Positions 18,041 through 26,552 of a stretch of DNA of 64,000 nt are shown here, one piece after another; within the stretch, counting starts at the first letter, position 1, and each line of letters starts with the position of its first letter. Source of the DNA: Bacteroidota bacterium (lineage in GTDB: Bacteria > Bacteroidota > Ignavibacteria > Kapaibacteriales > Kapaibacteriaceae). Both the position numbers and the translations under genes were made by a program. Location: assembly GCA_041170435.1 (NCBI GenBank), contig JBEAYU010000088.1, forward strand, positions 143 through 64,142. The letters are read 5' to 3'. Below the pieces are notes generated by a model. It did not search any database. It was given only the letters and a program-made list of their open reading frames with translations, and had not been told where the DNA came from.

Positions 18041-19831
18041 ATGACTGGACCAGACATGCTGCTCCGCACACTTTTTGCCACACTTCTCATCATCTCCACT
18101 TCGACGATGGTGCTTGCAGTGGATCCCATTTCCATCGCCGATGCCAAGAAGCAAGAGTTCAACTCGACGGTGACCAAGGTCGCCGGCCGAATCACGTCGG
18201 CTGCGCAACTGTCGAACACCTGCTATATGCAGGATCGTACCGGCGGCATCGCGGTCTTCAATGAGGCCATGCGCACGGCGGTTCGCATCGGTGACTCAGT
18301 GGTGGTGGAGGGTGCGACACTGACCGAGTTCGGAAACTCCACGGGCGCTCCCGGAACGGGGCTTGCCCAGCTCGGCGGTTCGACGCTGAAGTTCACCGTC
18401 ATTCCTGTGCCGCGCGAAGAGCCCACGCCGCGCAGCACAACGATCCCCAACATCGGAGAAGGAAACGAAGCAACGCTCATCCGTCTGCGCAAGGTCAAGA
18501 TGGTTGAAACCGGTCGCTTCGAAGGAAATCGCAGCTACAATGCGATCGATAACTTCGGCAACGACATCGTGATCCGCATCGATCGCGCCTGCGAGATCGG
18601 CGTCAACAATCTTGAGATCCCTGCAGGCGAGATCGACATCGTTGGCGTGGTCAGTCAGTTCCGTGGTGCGTACCAAGTACTGCCGCGTCTGGCACAAGAC
18701 ATGGGACTCCCCCCGATCTTCGTTGACACTGTTAGCAAGAATCGGACATTGGATATCACGACGTGGAACCTTGAATGGTTCGGCTCCGACGACACGCTTC
18801 GCGGCCCCTTCAACAAAGTCCTGCAACGTCAGCGAATCCGCACGGTCATGGACACGATACGGGCCGACGTGTATGCGTTGCAAGAGATCCTCACCGATGA
18901 AGCGTTGGCATCGATCAGCGATTCGATCAAGGGTGGCTACAAGCGATTCTTCGCCAGCGATGTGACGTCAGATCAGAAGCTTGCCTACATCTACAACCCT
19001 GAGACCATCACGCCGGTCTCGACCGGACTTGCCGTCAACGGTGGCGCGAAAGCATGGGGCAATGGTCGTTTCCCATTCCGCATGACCTTTACTCCGAAGA
19101 ACGTGGGCTTCAACGTCGTGGTCTTTAACATTCACGCCAAGGCAACAAACGACACAACGGCTGCCGAAGACTATCAACGACGCAAGACCGATGCCGAAAC
19201 ATTCCACGCCTACCTGGAGAACTTCTACAAAGACTCCAACGTGGTGGTACTGGGCGACTTCAACGATCGCCTTCTTGGTACGACGGTAGATTCTACGCTT
19301 CCATCCTGCTATTCGGTGTTCCTCAACGACAACTCATGGACCGCCACGACGGCCGAAATGGAACGTCAGGGCCTGTCCTCCTACGTGGGCTTCAATCGTG
19401 GCTTCCTGGATCATATCCTGACGCGTACGCCAGGGCTGCAACTTCACCGTGCGACACTCGAGTCGCCTGAGCGATATCTGACCTCGTACTCATCGACAGT
19501 TTCAGATCACCGGCCGGTGACGCTTCGCTTGTTCTACCCATCCGAGACTTCGGTCAACGACGAGAAAGCCCTGGCCTCATCGACGATCCGCGTATCGCCC
19601 AATCCGATGACCACCAACGGCATGGCCGAGATCGTCCTTGAGCGCGGCGGTCACCTCACAGCAGAACTTGTTAGCGTGACCGGCGAGCGCATGATGTTGG
19701 TGAACGAAACGCTGGGTCAGCAGATCCGCCTCGTGACCATACCGGTAGAGCAACTCTCCTCGGGACTGTACTACCTGCTGGTCTCGGTCAATGGCGCAAG
19801 CACATCCATGCCGGTCGTGATCAACCGCTGA
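18041..19831 (+). CDS. secreted endonuclease/exonuclease/phosphatase-family nuclease (ExeM/NucH-like) with T9SS C-terminal domain
   Basis: It has a signal peptide, an N-terminal OB-like region and the EEP motifs ITTWNLEWFG, YALQEI and VSDHRPV. The C-terminus VRVSPNPMTTNGMAEIVL...GLYYLLVSVNGASTSMPVVINR is a T9SS sorting domain. Confidence 0.8.
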   Translation: MTGPDMLLRTLFATLLIISTSTMVLAVDPISIADAKKQEFNSTVTKVAGRITSAAQLSNTCYMQDRTGGIAVFNEAMRTAVRIGDSVVVEGATLTEFGNSTGAPGTGLAQLGGSTLKFTVIPVPREEPTPRSTTIPNIGEGNEATLIRLRKVKMVETGRFEGNRSYNAIDNFGNDIVIRIDRACEIGVNNLEIPAGEIDIVGVVSQFRGAYQVLPRLAQDMGLPPIFVDTVSKNRTLDITTWNLEWFGSDDTLRGPFNKVLQRQRIRTVMDTIRADVYALQEILTDEALASISDSIKGGYKRFFASDVTSDQKLAYIYNPETITPVSTGLAVNGGAKAWGNGRFPFRMTFTPKNVGFNVVVFNIHAKATNDTTAAEDYQRRKTDAETFHAYLENFYKDSNVVVLGDFNDRLLGTTVDSTLPSCYSVFLNDNSWTATTAEMERQGLSSYVGFNRGFLDHILTRTPGLQLHRATLESPERYLTSYSSTVSDHRPVTLRLFYPSETSVNDEKALASSTIRVSPNPMTTNGMAEIVLERGGHLTAELVSVTGERMMLVNETLGQQIRLVTIPVEQLSSGLYYLLVSVNGASTSMPVVINR

Positions 19832-19857
19832 TGCCATTTTGCATTGCAATTTGGCAT
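19831..19857. terminator. near-perfect 27-nt palindrome between convergent genes (candidate bidirectional terminator)
   Basis: ATGCCATTTTGCA-T-TGCAATTTGGCAT has 11 of 13 positions pairing. It is T-rich on both sides. Confidence 0.4.
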
Positions 19858-19875
19858 TAGCGCCGCCATTTTGCA

Positions 19876-20577
19876 TCAGCCGTTCATACTTCGCACAGCC
19901 GCGGCAAGCGCGATCGCCGCGGTCTCGGCACGCAGGCGAAGATGTCCGATGCGCCATCGGCGCGTGGCGTCTTTGCTCGCGAGCAGCTGCAGCTCTTCAT
20001 CACTCAGCCCACCCTCGGGTCCGACCACCACGAGAACCTGGTCGGCCGTATCAAGACGGCGAGCGTCTTCGACCGGGGGGTGGCCGTGGGCATCGCCAAC
20101 GATCACGAGGTCGCACGCAGTCGCCGATACGACCTGCTCAAGTTCCGTTGGCGGATCGATCAACGGCAAAAACGGATTCCCGGACTGAGTGATGGCGGCA
20201 ATGGCCTTTGCCGTGAGCCGCTCGTTGGTTGTACGCAGATGTCTGGCGCGGTGGCAAAGCATCGGTATGATTCGCGCAACACCCAGTTCGGTGAGCTTCT
20301 CAACGGCCATCTCAAAGCGATCCCGATGGTCAAGGACGCCGAGCGCTACCGTGATCTGAGGCATTGTTGCAGAGTGTGATTCCGAACTCACAACCGTGAG
20401 CACCACTACTGACGATTGGCGAACAGCCCGACAGGTGGCCACAAGCCCCCTACCATTGAGCACGCGCACATGCTCGCCGTCACGAAGCCGCAGGGCCGCT
20501 ACGTGACGCCGGATGTCCTCGTCCATCGGAACGTGCACATCATCGGATGCAAGCAGGGAGCAATAGAGGTTGTCCAT
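19876..20577 (-). CDS. rsmE: 16S rRNA (uracil1498-N3)-methyltransferase
   Basis: 233 aa from MDNLYCS (ATG 20577). The patterns ...ITVALGVLDHRDRFEMAVEKLTELGV... and VVVGPEGGLSDEE...LRLRAETAAI are typical RsmE. The 513-aa ORF in the track is an antisense run-on. Confidence 0.85.
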   Translation of the reverse strand: MDNLYCSLLASDDVHVPMDEDIRRHVAALRLRDGEHVRVLNGRGLVATCRAVRQSSVVVLTVVSSESHSATMPQITVALGVLDHRDRFEMAVEKLTELGVARIIPMLCHRARHLRTTNERLTAKAIAAITQSGNPFLPLIDPPTELEQVVSATACDLVIVGDAHGHPPVEDARRLDTADQVLVVVGPEGGLSDEELQLLASKDATRRWRIGHLRLRAETAAIALAAAVRSMNG

Positions 20578-20581
20578 GTGG

Positions 20582-20589
20582 TATTTTTG
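20582..20589 (+). promoter_or_regulatory. candidate -7 box (TATTTTTG)
   Basis: It matches TAnnTTTG, 27 nt upstream of the crotonase ATG (20617). Confidence 0.4.
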
Positions 20590-20616
20590 GCCTCGTCCTA
20601 CACAAACACTCAGCCT

Positions 20617-21399
20617 ATGAACTCTGAATTTACGTGCATTCGCACCTACGTCCCTCAGCCGGGCGTCGGAGCGATCCAACTCAACCGGCCGGCCGTGCTC
20701 AATGCACTGAGTCTGCAGACGATGATCGAACTGGTCGAGGCCTTTGAAACCTACGATGCCGACGAGGCGATCCGCTGCATCGTCATCCACGGTAGCGAGA
20801 AGGCATTTGCTGCCGGGGCCGACATCACCGAGATGTCCGATGCCACGCTCACGACGATGCTTGCACGCGATCAATTCGCACGCTGGGAGCGCATACGCCA
20901 AGTCAAGACACCCATCATTGCTGCCGTCAGCGGTTTTGCGCTGGGAGGGGGCTGCGAGCTTGCGATGCATGCCGACATGATCGTGGCCAGTGATACGGCC
21001 CAGTTTGGTCAGCCGGAGATCAACATCGGCGTCATGCCCGGTGCCGGTGGAACGCAGCGTCTGACGCGTGCCGTGGGGAAGGCACTGGCCATGGAGATCG
21101 TGCTGACCGGACGCATGATCTCGGCCACGCAGGCACAGGCCGCTGGACTCGTCAACCGAGTCGTACCCGTGGCATTCTATCTGCAAGAGGCCTTTGCTCT
21201 GGCAGGAGACGTCGCCAGCAAGGCACCGATCGCGGCGCGCCTTGCTAAGGAGGCCGTGCTTAAGGCGCACAGCACCACACTCGAGGGAGGACTCGAGTTT
21301 GAGCGTAAGAACTTTTACATGCTCTTTGCGACAGAAGATCAAAGGGAAGGCATGGCAGCATTTGTTGAGAAGCGCAAACCGGAATGGAAGGGCAAGTGA
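20617..21399 (+). CDS. enoyl-CoA hydratase (crotonase, short-chain)
   Basis: 260 aa from MNSEF. It has KAFAAGADITEM and AVSGFALGGGCELAMHADMIVAS...FGQPEINIGVMPGAGGTQRL. Confidence 0.9.
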   Translation: MNSEFTCIRTYVPQPGVGAIQLNRPAVLNALSLQTMIELVEAFETYDADEAIRCIVIHGSEKAFAAGADITEMSDATLTTMLARDQFARWERIRQVKTPIIAAVSGFALGGGCELAMHADMIVASDTAQFGQPEINIGVMPGAGGTQRLTRAVGKALAMEIVLTGRMISATQAQAAGLVNRVVPVAFYLQEAFALAGDVASKAPIAARLAKEAVLKAHSTTLEGGLEFERKNFYMLFATEDQREGMAAFVEKRKPEWKGK

Positions 21400-22187
21400 T
21401 GACCACCTACGAAACACTCTTGACGGAAATCGATGGTGGTGTGTTGACCATCACCCTCAACCGGCCCGACTCCTATAATGCCGCCAATGAGCAGCTCACG
21501 ACGGACCTTCAGCACGCATTGGCGTTTGCCCGCGATAGCGATGATGTGCGATGCGTGGTGCTGACGGGTGCCGGCAAGGCATTCTGCAGTGGACAGGATC
21601 TGAAGGATGCCCCAAAGTCGGGTGACAAGCGTGATCTGCGCGATTCGCTCAACCGTCGCTATAACCCCATCATCCGTGCCATGCGCGAGATGCCCAAGCC
21701 CATCATCGCCGGCATCAACGGTGTTGCCGCGGGTGCCGGACTGTCGTTGGCCCTTGCGGCGGACGTGCGCATCATGAGCGCGTCGGCAAAGCTCGTCGAG
21801 GCCTTCATTGGCATTGCACTGATCCCCGACTCGGGCGCTACGTGGTTCTATCCCCGCATGATGGGATACGCCAAGGCCTTTGAGTTTGCAACGCTCAACG
21901 CGCCGATCTCGGCCGAGCAGGCACTCGAGCTCGGACTCGTCAACAGCGTTGCCCATCCCAAGGCGTTTTCAACGGCACTTCGCTCGTGCGCCTCGCAATA
22001 CGCACAAGGTCCAACACAGTCCTACGGCTTTGTGAAAATGCTTCTTCAGAAGGGGCTCACCCACTCACTCGACGAGATGCTCGAGCTTGAAGCGGAGTAT
22101 CAGCAGCGTGCCGGAGATTCTGCGGATTACCGTGAAGGAGTGCAAGCATTTCTTGAGAAGCGACGACCTGTCTTCACGGGCCGATAA
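21399..22187 (+). CDS. enoyl-CoA hydratase/isomerase family protein (PaaG-like)
   Basis: MTTYETLLTEIDGGVLTITLNRPDSYNA, GAGKAFCSGQDL and GINGVAAGAGLSLALAADV. It has a TGATG overlap with the preceding crotonase. Confidence 0.85.
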   Translation: MTTYETLLTEIDGGVLTITLNRPDSYNAANEQLTTDLQHALAFARDSDDVRCVVLTGAGKAFCSGQDLKDAPKSGDKRDLRDSLNRRYNPIIRAMREMPKPIIAGINGVAAGAGLSLALAADVRIMSASAKLVEAFIGIALIPDSGATWFYPRMMGYAKAFEFATLNAPISAEQALELGLVNSVAHPKAFSTALRSCASQYAQGPTQSYGFVKMLLQKGLTHSLDEMLELEAEYQQRAGDSADYREGVQAFLEKRRPVFTGR

Positions 22188-22217
22188 GCCCCCTACTGCA
22201 CAGTTACGCACAGCACC

Positions 22218-24359
22218 ATGGCACGTTCACGACCGACATTGTTTGAGCAGATCCGCGACGACGGTCGTGAGTCCGGGGCACATGGCGGCCTCAATCGGTC
22301 CGTTGCCCTGCGCGCTGCCATCATCGCAGCGGCCATGCTCCTGATGATGATGTTTCTGCCGGGACGGCTTGGCGAGATCCGCCAGGCGGCGTTCGATCGA
22401 TCGCGCATGGGCACGACGTGGACCGAGGAATCTCTCGTTGCCGACTATCCATTCCCGGTGCAGCGAAATGCTGACTCAGTCTCGCAGGAACGGGCCCAGG
22501 CGCGTGCCGAGGTGCCGGCCTATGTTCGGCGCACGCCGGATGCGCTGACGCGGGCGCTGCAGAGACTTACGTCGGCCGCGGGCGCTGCGTCAGACGAAGA
22601 GCTCCGAAGTGCCATCATGGAACTCGGAGAGCCGGCGATTCGACGTCTCTACGGGGCAGACGCTCCGGAGATCGTCGATGTGGATCTGCGGTCACTTCCA
22701 CGTGCTGACCCCATGACGCTTGAGGCCAACGGCCTGGAGACCGCCGTTTGCCGCCACGACAGGCTACGTGATTCCGCCTCCATCGCCGAAGGCCTGGACA
22801 ACCTGCTCATCAATGCACCAACTCGCATTCGTCAGGAGCTCCGTTCACGATTGCATTCTGCCGTTGTACCCACTCTGCGGCTTGATCGTCAGACCTGGAT
22901 GCAGCAGCAACAGCTGGCCGAACAAGGAGTGTCCACCACGCAGGAGATCATCCGTAAGGGCGACGTGATCATCCGTAAGGGCGATCGCATCGACGAGCAC
23001 CTGCTGAGTCGACTTGCCTCCTATCGATATGCCGAGTACATCCGGTCAACCTCGCAGTTCTCCTTCCTCGTTGCCCTCGGTTCGGCAGGACATGCCCTTG
23101 TTCTGATTGCCATTGTCTGCCTCTACCTCTACTTCGTGCGCTATTCGTCGTTCATTCGCAACGGTCAGCTGGCAACACTGCTGGCCATGCCGGTTGCCTC
23201 GGCGGGTCTGGGCTGGCTATCGATAGCATTTCCAACGTCGCTGCCACTTGAGTACACGATCGTCGTACCGGGATTTGCGATGCTGATATCGATTCTCTAC
23301 GACGTGCGAACATCGATCGTTGTCACGCTCTCGTGTGCCCTTTCCGTGGCTGCTGCGCGTGGCAACGACCATGTGATCGCCGTGGTGATGATCGCAGGGG
23401 GCGTCATGGCGGCATACTCGGCAACGAATCTTCGCAGTCGCACGCAGATCTTCACCTCGATCCTGTCCATTCTTGCTGGTCTGCTGATCGTGACCATCTC
23501 GATCGAGCTCGAAAGCGGCACGCCCCTTCTCAATCTTGCCACAAAACTTGGTGGAGCGCTGGTCAACTCGATCATATCCCCACTGCTGGCAGTGGCTGCC
23601 ATCCTGCTCATGGAGCGTACGCTGAACGTGGCCACCGATCTTCGGCTGGAGGACTTTGACGATATCAATCATCCTCTCATCCATCAGCTCAACCAGGTTG
23701 CTCCCGGAACCTACCAGCATACCATGTCGGTGATGCATCTGAGTGAAACTGCCGCCTCAGCCATCGGCGCCAATCCTCTTCTTGCACGTGTCGGTGCTCT
23801 GTATCACGACATCGGGAAGATCACCAAGAGCGAGTACTTCATCGAGAATCAGATCGATATCGACAACAAGCACGACCGGCTCACACCCCGCCGCAGTGCC
23901 GAGATCATCCGTCAACACGTCACCGATGGAATCGATCTGGCCAAAGAGTACCGGCTGCCGGATCGAATCTGGAAGTTCATTCCAATGCATCATGGTACGA
24001 TCCTGATCAAGCACTTCTATGCGAAGGCCGTCGAAGAGTCCACCGACGGCTCCGTTGATGCGTCGGAATTCCGGTATCCTGGACCCAAGCCCGACTCAAA
24101 AGAAACAGCCATTGTCATGCTTGCCGATGCCGCCGAGGCCCTATCACGACTCGTCGAATCGGGCAACCGCGAAGAGATCGAGCAGGCCATCGATCAGATC
24201 TTCATGGACCGGTTCATTGACGGGCAGCTTGACGATACACCACTGACGCTCAATGACCTGAACGTCATCCGAGAATCGTTCGTAAACTCCCTTATTGGAT
24301 CATCGCACCAACGCGTCCGCTATGCGGAGATCCGTCCGAGCGAAGAAACATCTTCATGA
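22218..24359 (+). CDS. 7TM-receptor HD/HDIG phosphohydrolase (PgpH-like cyclic-di-AMP phosphodiesterase family)
   Basis: 713 aa with an extracellular N-terminal domain, seven TM helices and an HD domain (HTMSVMHLSE...GALYHDIGK...IPMHHGT). Confidence 0.85.
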   Translation: MARSRPTLFEQIRDDGRESGAHGGLNRSVALRAAIIAAAMLLMMMFLPGRLGEIRQAAFDRSRMGTTWTEESLVADYPFPVQRNADSVSQERAQARAEVPAYVRRTPDALTRALQRLTSAAGAASDEELRSAIMELGEPAIRRLYGADAPEIVDVDLRSLPRADPMTLEANGLETAVCRHDRLRDSASIAEGLDNLLINAPTRIRQELRSRLHSAVVPTLRLDRQTWMQQQQLAEQGVSTTQEIIRKGDVIIRKGDRIDEHLLSRLASYRYAEYIRSTSQFSFLVALGSAGHALVLIAIVCLYLYFVRYSSFIRNGQLATLLAMPVASAGLGWLSIAFPTSLPLEYTIVVPGFAMLISILYDVRTSIVVTLSCALSVAAARGNDHVIAVVMIAGGVMAAYSATNLRSRTQIFTSILSILAGLLIVTISIELESGTPLLNLATKLGGALVNSIISPLLAVAAILLMERTLNVATDLRLEDFDDINHPLIHQLNQVAPGTYQHTMSVMHLSETAASAIGANPLLARVGALYHDIGKITKSEYFIENQIDIDNKHDRLTPRRSAEIIRQHVTDGIDLAKEYRLPDRIWKFIPMHHGTILIKHFYAKAVEESTDGSVDASEFRYPGPKPDSKETAIVMLADAAEALSRLVESGNREEIEQAIDQIFMDRFIDGQLDDTPLTLNDLNVIRESFVNSLIGSSHQRVRYAEIRPSEETSS

Positions 24360-25282
24360 TGCAAGAGCTGCCAACGGCCTTTGAGCGAGACATCCGTCAG
24401 TTCACGCATTACGCCCGCTTGGAGCGGGGTTTGGCAGCCACGACCGTCGAAGCGTACCGCCACGACGTCACCCAATATGCACGACACCTCCACGAGGCAG
24501 GACTCAGCTCGTTCTCCGAGGCGAGCCTAAGTACCGTGCGAGGTTTCTTTGAGCACCTGGCCTCGCTGGGTCTGTCGACCACCAGCCGAGCCCGCTATTT
24601 GGCCTCTGTGCGGCACCTGCAACACTTCCTGGTAGGAAACGGACGTCTCGATCGTGATGTCACCGAAGCCATCGACATGCCCCGCTCGCGGCGGCACCTC
24701 CCCGAATGTCTCACCGTGGGCGAGATGGTCGCCTTTCTCGAAGCATTCGACGGGTCAGACCGATATAGTCTTCGCAACCGAGCGATGTTCGAGACCATGT
24801 ATGCCTGTGGATTGCGCGTGAGCGAGACAATTGCACTGCGTCAATCCGATGTGCTACGCGACGTTGAACTTCTTCGCGTCTTTGGCAAGGGTTCCAAAGA
24901 GCGCATGGTACCCATCGGCGGTGAAGCACGGACGTGGATTGAACGCTATCAGAACGAGTCGCGTGGCCAACTCATCACCACAGCGGATACCGACGATGTT
25001 CTCTTTCTCAGCTCGCGTGGCCGACGTCTTTCTCGCATGGCGGTGTGGAAGATCATCCAGCAGGGGGCTGTTGAGGCCGGCATTGAGCGCCATCTTCATC
25101 CGCACCTTTTCCGTCACTCCTTCGCCACTCACCTGATCGAAGGCGGTGCCGATCTGCGGGCGGTGCAGGAGATGCTGGGTCATGCCGACATCGCCACCAC
25201 GCAGATTTACACGCACATCGACCGTGACTACGTCAAAGAGGTCCACACATTATTCCATCCGCGATCCACATTCGGGACGTGA
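24356..25282 (+). CDS. xerD: site-specific tyrosine recombinase XerD/XerC
   Basis: 308 aa. It has an N-terminal SAM-like domain (YARLERGLAATTVEAYRHDV) and the catalytic region ...HLFRHSFATHLIEGGADLRAVQEMLGHADIATTQIYTH. It has an ATGA overlap with pgpH. Confidence 0.85.
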   Translation: MMQELPTAFERDIRQFTHYARLERGLAATTVEAYRHDVTQYARHLHEAGLSSFSEASLSTVRGFFEHLASLGLSTTSRARYLASVRHLQHFLVGNGRLDRDVTEAIDMPRSRRHLPECLTVGEMVAFLEAFDGSDRYSLRNRAMFETMYACGLRVSETIALRQSDVLRDVELLRVFGKGSKERMVPIGGEARTWIERYQNESRGQLITTADTDDVLFLSSRGRRLSRMAVWKIIQQGAVEAGIERHLHPHLFRHSFATHLIEGGADLRAVQEMLGHADIATTQIYTHIDRDYVKEVHTLFHPRSTFGT

Positions 25283-25306
25283 GAGCCCCCTGCAAAGGCT
25301 GTTTCT

Positions 25307-26539
25307 ATGAAGTTGTTGTTGATACTGATGACGATCCTCTTGACGAGCTCCGTCAGCGTGATGGCAGAGATACGATTCGGCGTCGACATCCTCATTGAAT
25401 CGGACTTTGCCCTCATTCGCGGCAAGCGTGTGATTCTTGTTTCTCACGCCGCTGCGCAGACCTATCGCGGCACCTCAACGGCAGAAGAGTTTGCAAAGAC
25501 GAACAAGGTAACATTGGTCCGTCTGCTGACTCCCGAGCATGGCTTCTACGGAGTCATCGAAGCCGGCAAAAGCGTCGAAGATGAATCATTGTTTGGACGT
25601 CCGGCACGCTCGCTTTATGGCGCTGCGCGCCGGCCTGACTCGACGATGTTGGCCGATGCCGATGTGGTGGTGATCGATCTGCAGGACATTGGTGTGCGTT
25701 CGTACACCTTCATGTCCACGATGATCGAGGTCATCGATGCTTGCGCTCAGTTTGGCAAGGAGTGCATCGTGTTGGATCGCCCCAATCCGCTTGGCGGTCA
25801 GATCGTCAGTGGCGGAACGGTTGACGATACGCTGCGCTCCTTCATCGGACGACTTCCAATTCCCTACGTGCACGGTTGTACACTCGGCGAGCTGGCCACT
25901 ATGGCCAACGAGGAACACTGGCTCACGTCCGTCCCAACGCGGCGCCGGCAGAGGTGTTCACTTACGGTGATCCGCTGCAAACAGTGGAAACGTTCAGACA
26001 TGTGGGAACGCATCGATCGGCCGTGGTATCCGACCAGCCCCAACATCCCATCAGTCGATGCCATTCGCGGCTACGCCATCGCAGGCGTCATCGGCGAATT
26101 GGGTCTGTGGAGCATCGGCATGGGAACGAACACACCTTTCCAGATCATTGGTGCGCCGGGGTTGGTTTTTGATACAGCCACAACGGGGGCGCTCAGACGG
26201 CGGGGACTCTACTGCGCTCGCGCTCGCTTTAAGCCGAGATCTGGCAAGTTTTCCGCCGAGACATGCGAAGGGTACTATCTGTTTGCTCAGGCTGATTGGC
26301 GTCCTATGGAGGCACTGTCGCTGCTGCTCTGGGAAGCGCGACGTCAGCATCCGCTCACATTCAGCGACACGCTTCTGCGCACTTCCACCGGTAGGACGCT
26401 TGCCAAGGTGGTAGGGCGCACCGACATCATACAGGCGCTTTGTCAGGGGGCGCCCCTTGCCAGAATTGATGCCCTTTTTCGTCGTGGTCACGATGAGTTT
26501 CTTGCCATCCGCAAGAAGTATCTGCTCTATGACAAGTGA
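25307..26539 (+). CDS. DUF1343 protein (exo-beta-N-acetylmuramidase NamZ-like)
   Basis: It has a signal peptide, VILVSHAAAQT... and VVVIDLQDIGVRSYTFMSTM, typical of DUF1343. Confidence 0.75.
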   Translation: MKLLLILMTILLTSSVSVMAEIRFGVDILIESDFALIRGKRVILVSHAAAQTYRGTSTAEEFAKTNKVTLVRLLTPEHGFYGVIEAGKSVEDESLFGRPARSLYGAARRPDSTMLADADVVVIDLQDIGVRSYTFMSTMIEVIDACAQFGKECIVLDRPNPLGGQIVSGGTVDDTLRSFIGRLPIPYVHGCTLGELATMANEEHWLTSVPTRRRQRCSLTVIRCKQWKRSDMWERIDRPWYPTSPNIPSVDAIRGYAIAGVIGELGLWSIGMGTNTPFQIIGAPGLVFDTATTGALRRRGLYCARARFKPRSGKFSAETCEGYYLFAQADWRPMEALSLLLWEARRQHPLTFSDTLLRTSTGRTLAKVVGRTDIIQALCQGAPLARIDALFRRGHDEFLAIRKKYLLYDK

Positions 26540-26552
26540 CGATTGATCGGTC

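Noticed and set aside
19876-21417. A 513-aa minus-strand ORF spanning rsmE and running antisense through the whole first crotonase gene.
   Set aside because: Only the last 233 aa (from MDNLYCS at 20577) look like RsmE. The upstream 280 aa are Arg/Gly/His-rich with no family resemblance. They lie exactly opposite a very well-supported crotonase CDS. This is a typical open antisense frame in GC-rich DNA.
20617-22187. Two adjacent crotonase-fold genes as part of a phenylacetate (paa) catabolic cluster.
   Set aside because: No paaABCDE, paaK, paaZ or thiolase genes are nearby. PaaF/PaaG-like similarity alone is insufficient.
24356-25282. A tyrosine recombinase as a possible marker of an integrated mobile element or genomic island.
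   Set aside because: The XerD-type N-terminal and catalytic motifs, the ATGA coupling to pgpH and the housekeeping neighbours on both sides all argue against it. I could also see no flanking direct repeats or tRNA-adjacent att-like site. It is most likely the chromosomal dimer-resolution recombinase.
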